From Porphyromonas sp. (lineage in GTDB: Bacteria > Bacteroidota > Bacteroidia > Bacteroidales > Paludibacteraceae), in assembly GCA_020726365.1 (NCBI GenBank), contig DYSC01000001.1, forward strand, positions 15,808 through 74,122: DNA of 58,315 nucleotides. The letters are read 5' to 3'. The translations under genes and the position numbers were made by a program. A model generated the notes under the pieces. The model was not told where the DNA came from, did not search any database, and was given only the letters and a program-made list of their open reading frames with translations. This document shows positions 47,252-56,637 of this stretch, piece after piece; position 1 is the stretch's first letter; each line of letters opens with the position of its first letter.

Positions 47252-48628
47252 ATGAATATAACTTCATCGCTTTTTCAAAAATACAACTTGCCAGTGCCGC
47301 GTTACACCAGTTATCCACCGGCAACTGCTTTTAATACGGTATTTAAGAATGTTGAATATTTAGAACAAATTAAAAGCTCTAACAGCGCCGAACCTAAAAA
47401 TATTTCTATCTATATTCACATTCCATTCTGTGTGCAACGTTGTCATTTTTGTGGTTGCAATACAACAATTACGCAATCCGATGATAAAATTAGAAGATAC
47501 ATAGATGCTGTGATAGCTGAAATAAAAATGGTGGCGCAATTTATTGATAAAAAACGTGTTGTAACACAGGTGAGTTGGGGAGGTGGTACACCTAATTCGA
47601 TAAATTTAAACTATGTGCGTCAGATAATGCAGGTGTTGCATTCGGAGTTTCTGTTTGCCGATTTTGCCGAAATAGCCATGGAATGTAGTCCGGCTTATCT
47701 CGATTTTAAGGATGTAGATGTGCTCCACGAGATTGGCTTTAACCGTATTAGCTTGGGAATTCAGGATTTTCATTCCGATGTTTTAGATGCTATTAATCGC
47801 TTACCACCCAAATGCGACGTAGATGAAATGCTGACTTATATGAAATCGAAAGGCTTTAGAGGTTTAAATTTGGATTTGGTATATGGATTGCCCTTGCAAA
47901 CTCCCGAAAGCTTTCGCGAAAACATTCAGCAAATTATTAAATTACAGCCGGATAGGATAGCCACCTTTTCGTATGCACATATTCCATGGTTCAACGAGGC
48001 GCAACGACTTATGGAGCACCATCGGTTTCCTACACCTGCCGAAAAATTAGACATGTTGGTGTATGCCATTAACGAATTGTCGGCAAACGGATATGAGGTA
48101 ATTGGTATGGACCATTTTGCCCGTAAAGATGACGACCTTGCTATTGCAAAGCAAAATAATATGTTACAGCGAAATTTTCAAGGCTATAACACCCGTAAAA
48201 CCACCGGGCAAGTGTACGCATTTGGTGCGTCTGGAATAAGTCAGTTGAACGGATTTTATGCGCAAAACATCAAACAATACGATAAATATGCAGAGGCTAT
48301 CGAATCGGGGACTTTTGCTGTGGAGCGTGGTTATACGCTTAGCAATCCTGAAATTTTAATTCGTGATACGATAAACGAAATCATGTGTAATGGGGAGTTA
48401 GATTTTGCTGTTATGGCCGAAAAATATAATTGTTCGCTAAGTGAATTCCTCGAAATTACACAATTTGATATTCTAAAATTAAGTTCATTAATCGATGATA
48501 AATTGATTGAATTTGCCGATAATAAATTGCACGTTACGCCACAAGGTATGATGATAGTTCGCAATGTAGCTGTGGCATTCGACCCCGCATTTATGTTTCA
48601 GGAAGGAAAATACTCAACTACCATTTAA
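47252..48628 (+). CDS. hemN: Oxygen-independent coproporphyrinogen III dehydrogenase
   Basis: PRYTSYP, YIHIPFCVQRCHFCGC, GGGTP, IGMDHFA, RNFQGY. Confidence 0.93.
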   Translation: MNITSSLFQKYNLPVPRYTSYPPATAFNTVFKNVEYLEQIKSSNSAEPKNISIYIHIPFCVQRCHFCGCNTTITQSDDKIRRYIDAVIAEIKMVAQFIDKKRVVTQVSWGGGTPNSINLNYVRQIMQVLHSEFLFADFAEIAMECSPAYLDFKDVDVLHEIGFNRISLGIQDFHSDVLDAINRLPPKCDVDEMLTYMKSKGFRGLNLDLVYGLPLQTPESFRENIQQIIKLQPDRIATFSYAHIPWFNEAQRLMEHHRFPTPAEKLDMLVYAINELSANGYEVIGMDHFARKDDDLAIAKQNNMLQRNFQGYNTRKTTGQVYAFGASGISQLNGFYAQNIKQYDKYAEAIESGTFAVERGYTLSNPEILIRDTINEIMCNGELDFAVMAEKYNCSLSEFLEITQFDILKLSSLIDDKLIEFADNKLHVTPQGMMIVRNVAVAFDPAFMFQEGKYSTTI

Positions 48629-48629
48629 A

Positions 48630-49565
48630 ATGAAAAGGCAAGCAGTATTATTAGCCAATATGGGAGCTCCCGTATCGGAACCGGATATGCGGGTGTTTCT
48701 GAAACGTATGTTCAACGACAAAGCCATACTGTATGCTCCCAGCATAGTACGAACAATTATTTCGGACATTATAAGTGTTTTACGATACAAATCGTCATGG
48801 AAAAAATACGAATTAATCGGAGGCTCACCTTTGCAAAAATCGATGCAGGCTACTGCGGAGCAACTTCAGTTGTTGGTAGGTTCCGACTACCATGTATGCA
48901 GTGTTTATTCTTATTCGGAGCCTTTTATCGAAACCAAAATAGCAGAGCTAAATGCTTCAGGAGTACACGATTTTGCCATTATTTCGATGTATCCGCAAGC
49001 CAGTTTTTCGACAACAGGTAGTGTTCAAACTTCGTTGGATAAAATGCAAACAAAACTGAGAAGTATTCAAATCCGATTTATCGAAGATTATTTCGACGCT
49101 CCACTTTTTATTCAATATTGGGCGCGCCTTATCCGGCAAAAAATTGACGAAATGGGCTATCAAAAGCCACATTTATTGTTTAGCGCCCATGCTATTCCCC
49201 AATCATTTTCGAAACGGGGCGACCGTTATGCCGAAAAAATGCGAAGTTCGGCGTATCTTATTGCCGAATCGTTAGATTTGCCTTATCATTTGAGCTATCA
49301 GTCCAAAATCGGTCACGGAGAATGGACGCGACCTTACACCGTCGATATGCTTAAAACTTTGTATAACAACAATATTAACGAAATTGTAGTTGTGCCATTA
49401 AGTTTTGTAAATGAGAATCTCGAAACGCGTTTCGATTTAGACACCGAACTTATTCCCTTTGCATTAAATGAGTTGGGTGTAAAACAAATTTGCAGAGTGG
49501 TCATTCCGATGAGCGATGATATTTTAGTATCCCTATTTTATAATTTTATTAAAAGTGAGCGATGA
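48630..49565 (+). CDS. hemH: Ferrochelatase
   Basis: LLANMGAP, YELIGGSPL, MYPQ.S..TTGS, FSAHAIP, YQSK.G..EW..P, ENLET. Confidence 0.9.
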   Translation: MKRQAVLLANMGAPVSEPDMRVFLKRMFNDKAILYAPSIVRTIISDIISVLRYKSSWKKYELIGGSPLQKSMQATAEQLQLLVGSDYHVCSVYSYSEPFIETKIAELNASGVHDFAIISMYPQASFSTTGSVQTSLDKMQTKLRSIQIRFIEDYFDAPLFIQYWARLIRQKIDEMGYQKPHLLFSAHAIPQSFSKRGDRYAEKMRSSAYLIAESLDLPYHLSYQSKIGHGEWTRPYTVDMLKTLYNNNINEIVVVPLSFVNENLETRFDLDTELIPFALNELGVKQICRVVIPMSDDILVSLFYNFIKSER

Positions 49566-50947
49566 AAACTATTCAGAAAGATGTGGTCGTAATTGGAGCT
49601 GGGCTAACGGGGCTTTCGCTGGCTTATTATTTGTCCAAGGCTGGTAAAAATGTACTGGTTTTGGAACAAAATTCTCGTGTAGGTGGTGTAATTCGAACTA
49701 TTACCGATGGGGATTTTACTTACGAAACAGGTCCTTCGACAGGCGTGTTGGCTACGGCGGAAATTGTGAGCTTGTTAGATGAATTAAAGCCGGATTGCGA
49801 ACTTCTGGTTGCCGATAAAAGTGCCCAAAAACGGTATATCTGGAAAAAAAATCGGTGGCATGCCTTGCCTTCGGGTCTGCTTTCGGCTGTGGGTACGCCA
49901 CTTTTTAGTTGGTACGATAAATTTCGTATTCTGGGTGAGCCGTTCAGACCTAAAGGCGGCTATCCCGACGAATCAATAGCCGAATTGGTGAAACGTCGCT
50001 TGGGCAAGAGTTTCTTAGATTATGCTGTCGATCCGTTTTTGTCCGGTGTGTATGCCGGCGACCCTGCAACGCTTATTACGCGCCATGCTTTACCAAAATT
50101 GTATGCGCTCGAAGTGCTATACGGTGGCTTTATACGGGGAACCATTGCCAAACGAAAAGAAGCAAAACAAAATACCAGTTCAGCCAACGAGCCAAAAGTT
50201 ACCCGCGAAGTATTTTCAACAAATGGCGGTTTACAACAAATTGTGGATACATTGGCTACTCGTATAGGAGATAAAAATATTGAGTTAGAATGTAAAGATG
50301 TTGAAATTCAGCATGAAATGAATGGCTTTAAAACAATATTTCAGAAAGAAAATAATAATCATTTTGAAATACTTTCAACCCATGTAATTACGACTATTGG
50401 AGGCTATCAACTTCCGGCAATTCTACCTTTTGTGGCTGCGGATTTATTGCAATCGTTGTCTGATACCACCTACTCGCCAGTTATTAACACAGCTGTGGGC
50501 TACAATAAATGGACTGGAATTAAGTTAGATGCCTTTGGAGGATTGGTAGCTTCGAAGGAAAACAGAAAGGTACTTGGAGTGCTTTTTCCTTCGGCTATTT
50601 TCATTCGAAGAGCTCCTGTAGGTGGAGCGCTTTTGTCGGTTTTTTGGGGTGGTATGAAGCAAAAAGAATTGCTCGAATTAACAAATGAGGCTTTAACCAA
50701 TGTTATTTTGGATGAACTGAGAATTACAATGCAAGTTGAAAGTAAGCCAGACTTACTGCGAATTAATAGATATCAATATGCTATTGCTCAGTACGATATA
50801 AAATCGGAGCTGCGATTTAAAACCATTGCCGAAATTGAGAAAAAATTTAAAGGTTTAATTCTTGCGGGTAGCATTCGCGATGGTATAGGCATGGCTGATA
50901 GAGTAAAACAAGCATTTCAAATTTCACAACAAATATTAATAAAATAA
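49562..50947 (+). CDS. hemG: FAD-dependent protoporphyrinogen/coproporphyrinogen oxidase (HemY-type)
   Basis: GAGLTGL, RVGGVI, ETGP, DPFLSGVYAGD, AIAQY, GIGMAD; start overlaps the hemH stop. Confidence 0.9.
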   Translation: MKTIQKDVVVIGAGLTGLSLAYYLSKAGKNVLVLEQNSRVGGVIRTITDGDFTYETGPSTGVLATAEIVSLLDELKPDCELLVADKSAQKRYIWKKNRWHALPSGLLSAVGTPLFSWYDKFRILGEPFRPKGGYPDESIAELVKRRLGKSFLDYAVDPFLSGVYAGDPATLITRHALPKLYALEVLYGGFIRGTIAKRKEAKQNTSSANEPKVTREVFSTNGGLQQIVDTLATRIGDKNIELECKDVEIQHEMNGFKTIFQKENNNHFEILSTHVITTIGGYQLPAILPFVAADLLQSLSDTTYSPVINTAVGYNKWTGIKLDAFGGLVASKENRKVLGVLFPSAIFIRRAPVGGALLSVFWGGMKQKELLELTNEALTNVILDELRITMQVESKPDLLRINRYQYAIAQYDIKSELRFKTIAEIEKKFKGLILAGSIRDGIGMADRVKQAFQISQQILIK

Positions 50948-51008
50948 ACAGTTTATGAAACTTTAAAATTCAACTATACACAAGTTTTACATTTCAATAA
51001 TTATCCCC

Positions 51009-51392
51009 ATGAATATCAAAATTTCCATTTTTATACTACTTTTCCCAACAGTGCTTTTTACACGTTTACCTTACACAAGCGATGCTACTACAGGTTCAAC
51101 AAAACTTTACAAAACCGATAGTTTGCACAAGTACATCAATATATTCAAGGTTACCAAGTAATATAGTTTGGAATTTGGCTATCGTAATTTGTTTTCGCTT
51201 ATCGATAACGCAAATGCTTTGCCGGCTAAGTTGGCTACACAAGGTTACGGATTTTTATTCGATTATGCTTGGCAGTTAAGCGGTTTGAATAAAAAACGTC
51301 CGGCAGTTTACCTCACTGTACCTATTGGTTACACGGTATTGCTTCCTTATAATCTGCAACATGCCGATGTTCGGGTAGGAGTGAGGTTCTAA
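51009..51392 (+). pseudogene. Decayed outer-membrane beta-barrel gene
   Basis: ATG 51009 with a signal-peptide-like start, in-frame TAA at 51159-51161, continues YSLEFGYRN...FDYAWQLSG...VRVGVRF* in the same frame. Confidence 0.65.
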
Positions 51393-52342
51393 AATTCTTT
51401 GCTGTAAAAATGAAAAAGTGCCATAATCTCCATTGATAGTGCAATGAGAATGTGCACAATTACACCACCCCAAATATGACGGGTTTGATAAGCAAGCGCA
51501 CCCAATATATAACCGCCAAAAACGGATGAGATAGTTTCGCCCAGCGGTTTCCCAAAATGGATTGCGCAATACATAGTCACCATAGGTAAAACAGCACTTC
51601 TTCCCAAAAGTGCCGTCATGCCAATAACTAATGCACCACGAAAAAGCAACTCGGTCATAATAAAATCGAGTCCATAACTTATTTCAAAAAGAAAAGTGTA
51701 AGCAGCAGTTGGCAGCCCAAAAATTCCTTCGTAATACCATGGCTTAAATTGTGGATAAGCTGTTTGAAAGTCGGCGCTAAACGAGATAAGAATAATAAAC
51801 GGAAGTAGCATTAGATAAAGCGAAAAGTAACCGCGTAGGAGGCTTGTTTTAGGCGTTAATCCGTAAATGCCTTCAATTTTTTTATCGTATAAATGTTTGA
51901 ATATGTAGAGTGGTACAAAGTAGAATAAAATACTTTTGAGTTGCGAAAGCAGGCGGATAATGTAAGCATTTTCTTCGTGAAAAAAACTGCTGATTTGTAT
52001 GTTTTTATGGGCGTAAAATCCGATTGACAAGCCATACAACAATATGAAAAATAGCGATTTAGCATAAAATTTTGAATTGTTGAGCTTTTTATATTCTTTT
52101 CGGAAGAATAAGGTTGGTATGGCAACTGCAAAATAAAAAAAGAGATAGAAAAGCGGAAAATACAGCATCGAGTTTCCTTCGAAATAGCTGTTGCGCATTA
52201 CCGTTCGGTAAAAACCTAATTCGTAATTTAAAAATATGGCTACTCCTATAAAAACAAAAGTATAGATATACGAAAGCGCATGAAAATCTGCTTTTATAAA
52301 CTTCCAAATCTCACCAAATAACGCAAAAACTGACTTTTTCAT
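51389..52342 (-). CDS. CPBP (Abi/CAAX) family intramembrane metalloprotease
   Basis: TELLFRG, AIHFGKP, GGVIVH; multiple TM helices. Confidence 0.85.
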   Translation of the reverse strand: MKKSVFALFGEIWKFIKADFHALSYIYTFVFIGVAIFLNYELGFYRTVMRNSYFEGNSMLYFPLFYLFFYFAVAIPTLFFRKEYKKLNNSKFYAKSLFFILLYGLSIGFYAHKNIQISSFFHEENAYIIRLLSQLKSILFYFVPLYIFKHLYDKKIEGIYGLTPKTSLLRGYFSLYLMLLPFIILISFSADFQTAYPQFKPWYYEGIFGLPTAAYTFLFEISYGLDFIMTELLFRGALVIGMTALLGRSAVLPMVTMYCAIHFGKPLGETISSVFGGYILGALAYQTRHIWGGVIVHILIALSMEIMALFHFYSKEF

Positions 52343-52389
52343 AGTTTCTAATTTATCTCCCTTCGGTAGCTGACCGTTGGTTCTACCTT

Positions 52390-52902
52390 CTACCTTGGCA
52401 ACAGTCCTTCATTTATAATTTTCCGGTATTCATTTTCAAAATTTGGTGTAAATATATTTTTACATAAATTCTGATTAATTTCTTCTAATGTCCAGAATTT
52501 CCCTTCCGAAATTTCAATAGGGTCGGGCAAAATTTGTCCATCATAAATAGCATAGAAACTATGCACTAGTTCCGCTTCCTGAGTGGATACAAATTTGTTG
52601 CGCAGCATAAAAACCGGTTCAAAGTGTTCAATTCCTAATTCTTCGCGCACCTCGCGACGCAGAGCCTGTTCAATTTCTTCGCCGTAATCCACATGTCCAC
52701 CTACAGATGTGTCCCATTTACCAGGCTGAATATCTTTGTTGTCGGCTCTTTTTTGCAAGTAAAGTTCTCTTTTTGAATTTATTACATGTAGGTGAACCAC
52801 AGGATGAAGCAGAAAACTACCCGAATGACATTCAGTTCGTGTAGCTTTTCCAATGACAGTTCCCTCGTCATTTACAAGCGGGAAAATTTCAATTTTTGGC
52901 AT
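52390..52902 (-). CDS. NUDIX hydrolase (IDI-like subfamily)
   Basis: [43 protein letters not shown]; -7 box at 52921-52928. Confidence 0.9.
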   Translation of the reverse strand: MPKIEIFPLVNDEGTVIGKATRTECHSGSFLLHPVVHLHVINSKRELYLQKRADNKDIQPGKWDTSVGGHVDYGEEIEQALRREVREELGIEHFEPVFMLRNKFVSTQEAELVHSFYAIYDGQILPDPIEISEGKFWTLEEINQNLCKNIFTPNFENEYRKIINEGLLPR

Positions 52903-53041
52903 GCTTTGTCGTATTTTGTGCAAAGTTACGAATTATTTTCAATCAAACTTATTGCTCTACAACCACAATTTTGTCCGTGTTTTCAAAGATTTTTTGTATC
53001 TTTGCATGTTTTTATTTAAAAAATCTAAAGTGACCCGCAAT

Positions 53042-54331
53042 ATGCAAAATTTCAGGATAGCCGTTATTGGCTTAGGTTATGTTGGCTTACCCCTTGCCAT
53101 AGAGTTTGGTAAAAAATACAAAGTGTTAGGCTACGATATTAATCATCAGCGAGTTGATGAACTTCAAAATGGGGTTGACCATACGCTCGAAGCCGATTTA
53201 GACGGTATGCTCGAGGCAACTTCACTTCGAAAACTCAATCCCGAATCAGGACTTGCTTTTTCGTCGAACGAAGCCGATTTAAAAAATTACGATTTTTTTA
53301 TTGTTACGGTTCCCACACCCATTAATAATTTCAATATGCCCGATTTAACTCCGCTTATCAAAGCATCCGAAATGCTTGGCAGAGTTGTCAAAAAAGGCGA
53401 TATTGTTATTTACGAATCAACAACTTATCCGGGATGTACCGAAGAAGACTGTGTTCCTGTAATCGAAATGCGTTCGGGACTGATTTTTAATCAGGATTTT
53501 TTTGCCGGATACAGCCCTGAACGTATCAATCCGGGCGATAAAGTAAATACACTTACAAAAATTAAAAAAGTTACATCCGGCTCAACTCCCGAAATTGCTG
53601 ATATAGTGGATAGCTTATATGCATCAATTATTACCGCTGGCACACACAAAGCCCCAAGTATCAAAGTTGCTGAAGCTTCTAAGATTATTGAGAATGCACA
53701 GCGCGATGTGAATATTTCGTTCGTAAACGAATTAGCGCTTATTTTTGATAAAGTGGGTATTGATACCAACGATGTGCTCGAAGCAGCCGGAACAAAATGG
53801 AACTTTCTGAAATACCGTCCAGGATTGGTTGGTGGTCATTGTATCAGTGTAGATCCTTATTATTTGGCAAGCAAAGCCGAGTCGTTGGGATATGTGCCGC
53901 AGGTAATTTTATCAGGTCGCCACGTAAATAACAGTATAGCACCTTTTATTGCCAACAAAGTATTGAAACTTATGATACAAAAAGGGCAAACTATTAAAGG
54001 TGCCAACGTGTTAATTTTGGGTATAACTTTCAAGGAAAACTGCCCTGATATACGTAATACAAAAGTGGTGGACATTTACAACGAAATGTGCGAGTTTGGA
54101 TCCAATGTGGATATTTACGATCCATGGGCAATTGCCGATGAAGTAATGCACGAATATGGTGTCGGAATTCTAACAAAGTTAGATGAAAACAAACAATACG
54201 ATGCCATATTATTAGCAGTGGCTCACGATGAATTTAAGACTTTTGACTTCGAAAAACATCATGCAGCAGGTGCTGTTATTTTCGATGCCAAAGCAATAGT
54301 AGATCGTCGATGGGTGGATGGAAGACTGTAA
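53042..54331 (+). CDS. Nucleotide-sugar dehydrogenase (UDP-GlcNAc/GalNAc 6-dehydrogenase, WbpO/TviB-like)
   Basis: GLGYVG, VTVPTP, YESTTYPG, SPERINPG, GGHCI, FKENCPD; start at 53042 below the -7 box at 52997-53004. Confidence 0.93.
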   Translation: MQNFRIAVIGLGYVGLPLAIEFGKKYKVLGYDINHQRVDELQNGVDHTLEADLDGMLEATSLRKLNPESGLAFSSNEADLKNYDFFIVTVPTPINNFNMPDLTPLIKASEMLGRVVKKGDIVIYESTTYPGCTEEDCVPVIEMRSGLIFNQDFFAGYSPERINPGDKVNTLTKIKKVTSGSTPEIADIVDSLYASIITAGTHKAPSIKVAEASKIIENAQRDVNISFVNELALIFDKVGIDTNDVLEAAGTKWNFLKYRPGLVGGHCISVDPYYLASKAESLGYVPQVILSGRHVNNSIAPFIANKVLKLMIQKGQTIKGANVLILGITFKENCPDIRNTKVVDIYNEMCEFGSNVDIYDPWAIADEVMHEYGVGILTKLDENKQYDAILLAVAHDEFKTFDFEKHHAAGAVIFDAKAIVDRRWVDGRL

Positions 54332-54334
54332 TTT

Positions 54335-54376
54335 AGTTTAGAGTTTACAGTAAATAGTTTATAGTAGATAGCTTAC
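54335..54376 (+). repeat. Heptamer tandem repeat, 6 units
   Basis: AGTTTAG AGTTTAC AGTAAAT AGTTTAT AGTAGAT AGCTTAC. Confidence 0.7.
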
Positions 54377-54449
54377 AATTGAATTTATGCGTTTGCGAGA
54401 ATATATTTGTTATTATATATGTGTCGATTTTTAAGTTATTTCCAATAAA

Positions 54450-56582
54450 ATGATAAGAATTTATTTGCTAATAATTTTGTTCGCTTTTTCGTTTAGTGTT
54501 CATTCGCAGGATTTTGGAAAAATAGATGTTTCAAAGCTCACACCCGAGCAGATTGAAATGTATAAGAAGTACATGTCATCTAACAAGGTGTCGAGTACAC
54601 AGGTTATAAGTAATACTACTGAGGAGCGTAAAACGAATAATGATTCTGTTACATCGACGAAAACTGCTGTTTCGAATAAAATTTTTGGCTCGTACTTATT
54701 TCGAACACAATCATTGACTTTCGAACCCAAACTAAATATTCCTACGCCTCAAAACTATATTGTAGGTGCTTACGATGAAATATTGTTAGACATTTCCGGT
54801 TTACACGATGCGAATTACAAATTAAAAGTATCGACCGAGGGTACTATACGCATTCCGAATGTTGGACATGTAAAAGTTGCCGGAAAATCAATAGAAGAGA
54901 TAAAGAAAAGTATAAAAACCGAAATATCAAAATATTATCAGGGTGTAAATTCGGGCGAAACAAAAGTTAATGTATCGTTAGGGAATATTCGTAGTATACA
55001 GGTAGTTGTGGCTGGTGAAGCAGCTCGCCCAGGTACTTATACTTTGCCTTCGCTGGCTACAGCTTTTAACGCTTTGTATGCTTGTGGTGGACCAAACGAG
55101 ATAGGTAGTTATCGCTCAGTAACGGTGATAAGAGCCGGAAAGATTGTTTCGAATCTCGATGTGTACGGACTTTTGATTGATGGCATAGCAGTTAATGATA
55201 TACCACTAAAGGATAATGATATAATAAGAATTGAACCTTATAAGCTAAGGATAAATGTAAATGGGGAGGCAAAACGAACTGGAATTTTTGAATTGCAGAC
55301 GGGCGAATCGCTCAAAAAAGCATTAAATTTTGCTGGAGGATTTTCTGATAATGCTGAAAGAGACTTTATTCGAGTTTTTAAAAATACCAAGGACGGAAAA
55401 GCAGTTGTTGATATTAAGGAATCAGAATACGACCGTAACATACCATTTTCGGGCGATTCAATTGTTGTAACATCTATTTTTGATAAAATTGCGGGCTATA
55501 CAGTATCAATAGCAGGCGCTGTTCGCAAAACGGGTAAGTTTGCATTATCCGAAAACAGTACTTTAAAGGATTTGTTAATCACTGCGCAAGGATTTACCGA
55601 AATGGCATTTACCGATTCGGTTGAAATTATTAGAGCAGTAAAAAATTTAAATGCCCTTACCAATAGTAACCGAAAATCTATTGTTTTTAAGGTAAATATT
55701 CCCAAAGATATTAATGATATTGATGAGGCAACAAATTTTAAACTTCAAAATGGCGATCAGATTGTTGTACGAACTATACCTGGATTTGAAAATATTCGTT
55801 TAGTGCGGATAGAGGGTGAAGTTACATTGCCGGGTAATTATAATATTACTAATAAATCGGAACGTATCTCGGATTTGATAGGTCGTGTAGGAGGACTTAC
55901 ACCTTATGCTTATTCAGCAGGAACTGTTCTTATTCGTACTCAAAGTAAAGATCAAACGGAAGAAAAAGTAAATAGCTTAATAAGTTCAAACCTGTTAAAC
56001 TCTTTCGAAAAAAAACAGAATAATAGCATCGACATGAACTTATTGAAATCGGCTGGTCTTAATCCGGCTGCTGATTTATCGAAGGTGGATTCGTTGCAAA
56101 ATAAATTGTCAGGGAATTTAGGAATAGATAAAATCTTTAACAGTGAGGAAATTGTAGGCTTAGATATCGAACAAATATTAAATAATAAAGGTGGTAAATC
56201 CGATTTGATTTTAGAGCAGGGTGATGTTATTTTTATACCTCGTAAGCAGCAAACTGTACGAGTTGTGGGTAAAGTATTGTTTCCTACTATGGTGAGCTAC
56301 GATGCAAGCTATAAACTCAACGATTACATCTATAGTTCGGGTGGTTTTGCCGAAAATGCAAATAAAAATAATATCTTTGTACTTTATGCCAATGGAAGTG
56401 TGAAAGGTACAAAACGATTTTTGTTTTTTAAATCGTATCCGGAAGTATTGCCCGGTTCTCGTATCATTGTTTCCGAAAAGCCAATAAAATTGATTAACAG
56501 AATGTCTGTCGGTGAAACTATTGGTATTTTTTCATCTACGGCTTCAATGGCTATACTTATATATTCAGTAATAAAAAAATAA
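54450..56582 (+). CDS. Polysaccharide export protein with multiple SLBB domains (Wza/KpsD-like)
   Basis: IFGS.LF, PTPQNY..GAYDE, EGTIRIPNVG, repeated GEV..PG.Y SLBB units, C-terminal helix; -7 box at 54402-54409. Confidence 0.9.
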   Translation: MIRIYLLIILFAFSFSVHSQDFGKIDVSKLTPEQIEMYKKYMSSNKVSSTQVISNTTEERKTNNDSVTSTKTAVSNKIFGSYLFRTQSLTFEPKLNIPTPQNYIVGAYDEILLDISGLHDANYKLKVSTEGTIRIPNVGHVKVAGKSIEEIKKSIKTEISKYYQGVNSGETKVNVSLGNIRSIQVVVAGEAARPGTYTLPSLATAFNALYACGGPNEIGSYRSVTVIRAGKIVSNLDVYGLLIDGIAVNDIPLKDNDIIRIEPYKLRINVNGEAKRTGIFELQTGESLKKALNFAGGFSDNAERDFIRVFKNTKDGKAVVDIKESEYDRNIPFSGDSIVVTSIFDKIAGYTVSIAGAVRKTGKFALSENSTLKDLLITAQGFTEMAFTDSVEIIRAVKNLNALTNSNRKSIVFKVNIPKDINDIDEATNFKLQNGDQIVVRTIPGFENIRLVRIEGEVTLPGNYNITNKSERISDLIGRVGGLTPYAYSAGTVLIRTQSKDQTEEKVNSLISSNLLNSFEKKQNNSIDMNLLKSAGLNPAADLSKVDSLQNKLSGNLGIDKIFNSEEIVGLDIEQILNNKGGKSDLILEQGDVIFIPRKQQTVRVVGKVLFPTMVSYDASYKLNDYIYSSGGFAENANKNNIFVLYANGSVKGTKRFLFFKSYPEVLPGSRIIVSEKPIKLINRMSVGETIGIFSSTASMAILIYSVIKK

Positions 56583-56637
56583 AGATATTAAGTAAGTTTT
56601 ATGGTTATCAAGTTTCGAATTTTCAACTTAAAAAAGT

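Noticed and set aside
47252-48628. HemW heme chaperone or HutW/ChuW rather than HemN
   Set aside because: It has the N-terminal PRYTSYP extension and RNFQGY motif typical of true HemN
43286-51392. Genomic island integrated at tRNA-Thr carrying the heme operon
   Set aside because: No integrase, and I found no duplicated tRNA 3' end downstream within the window
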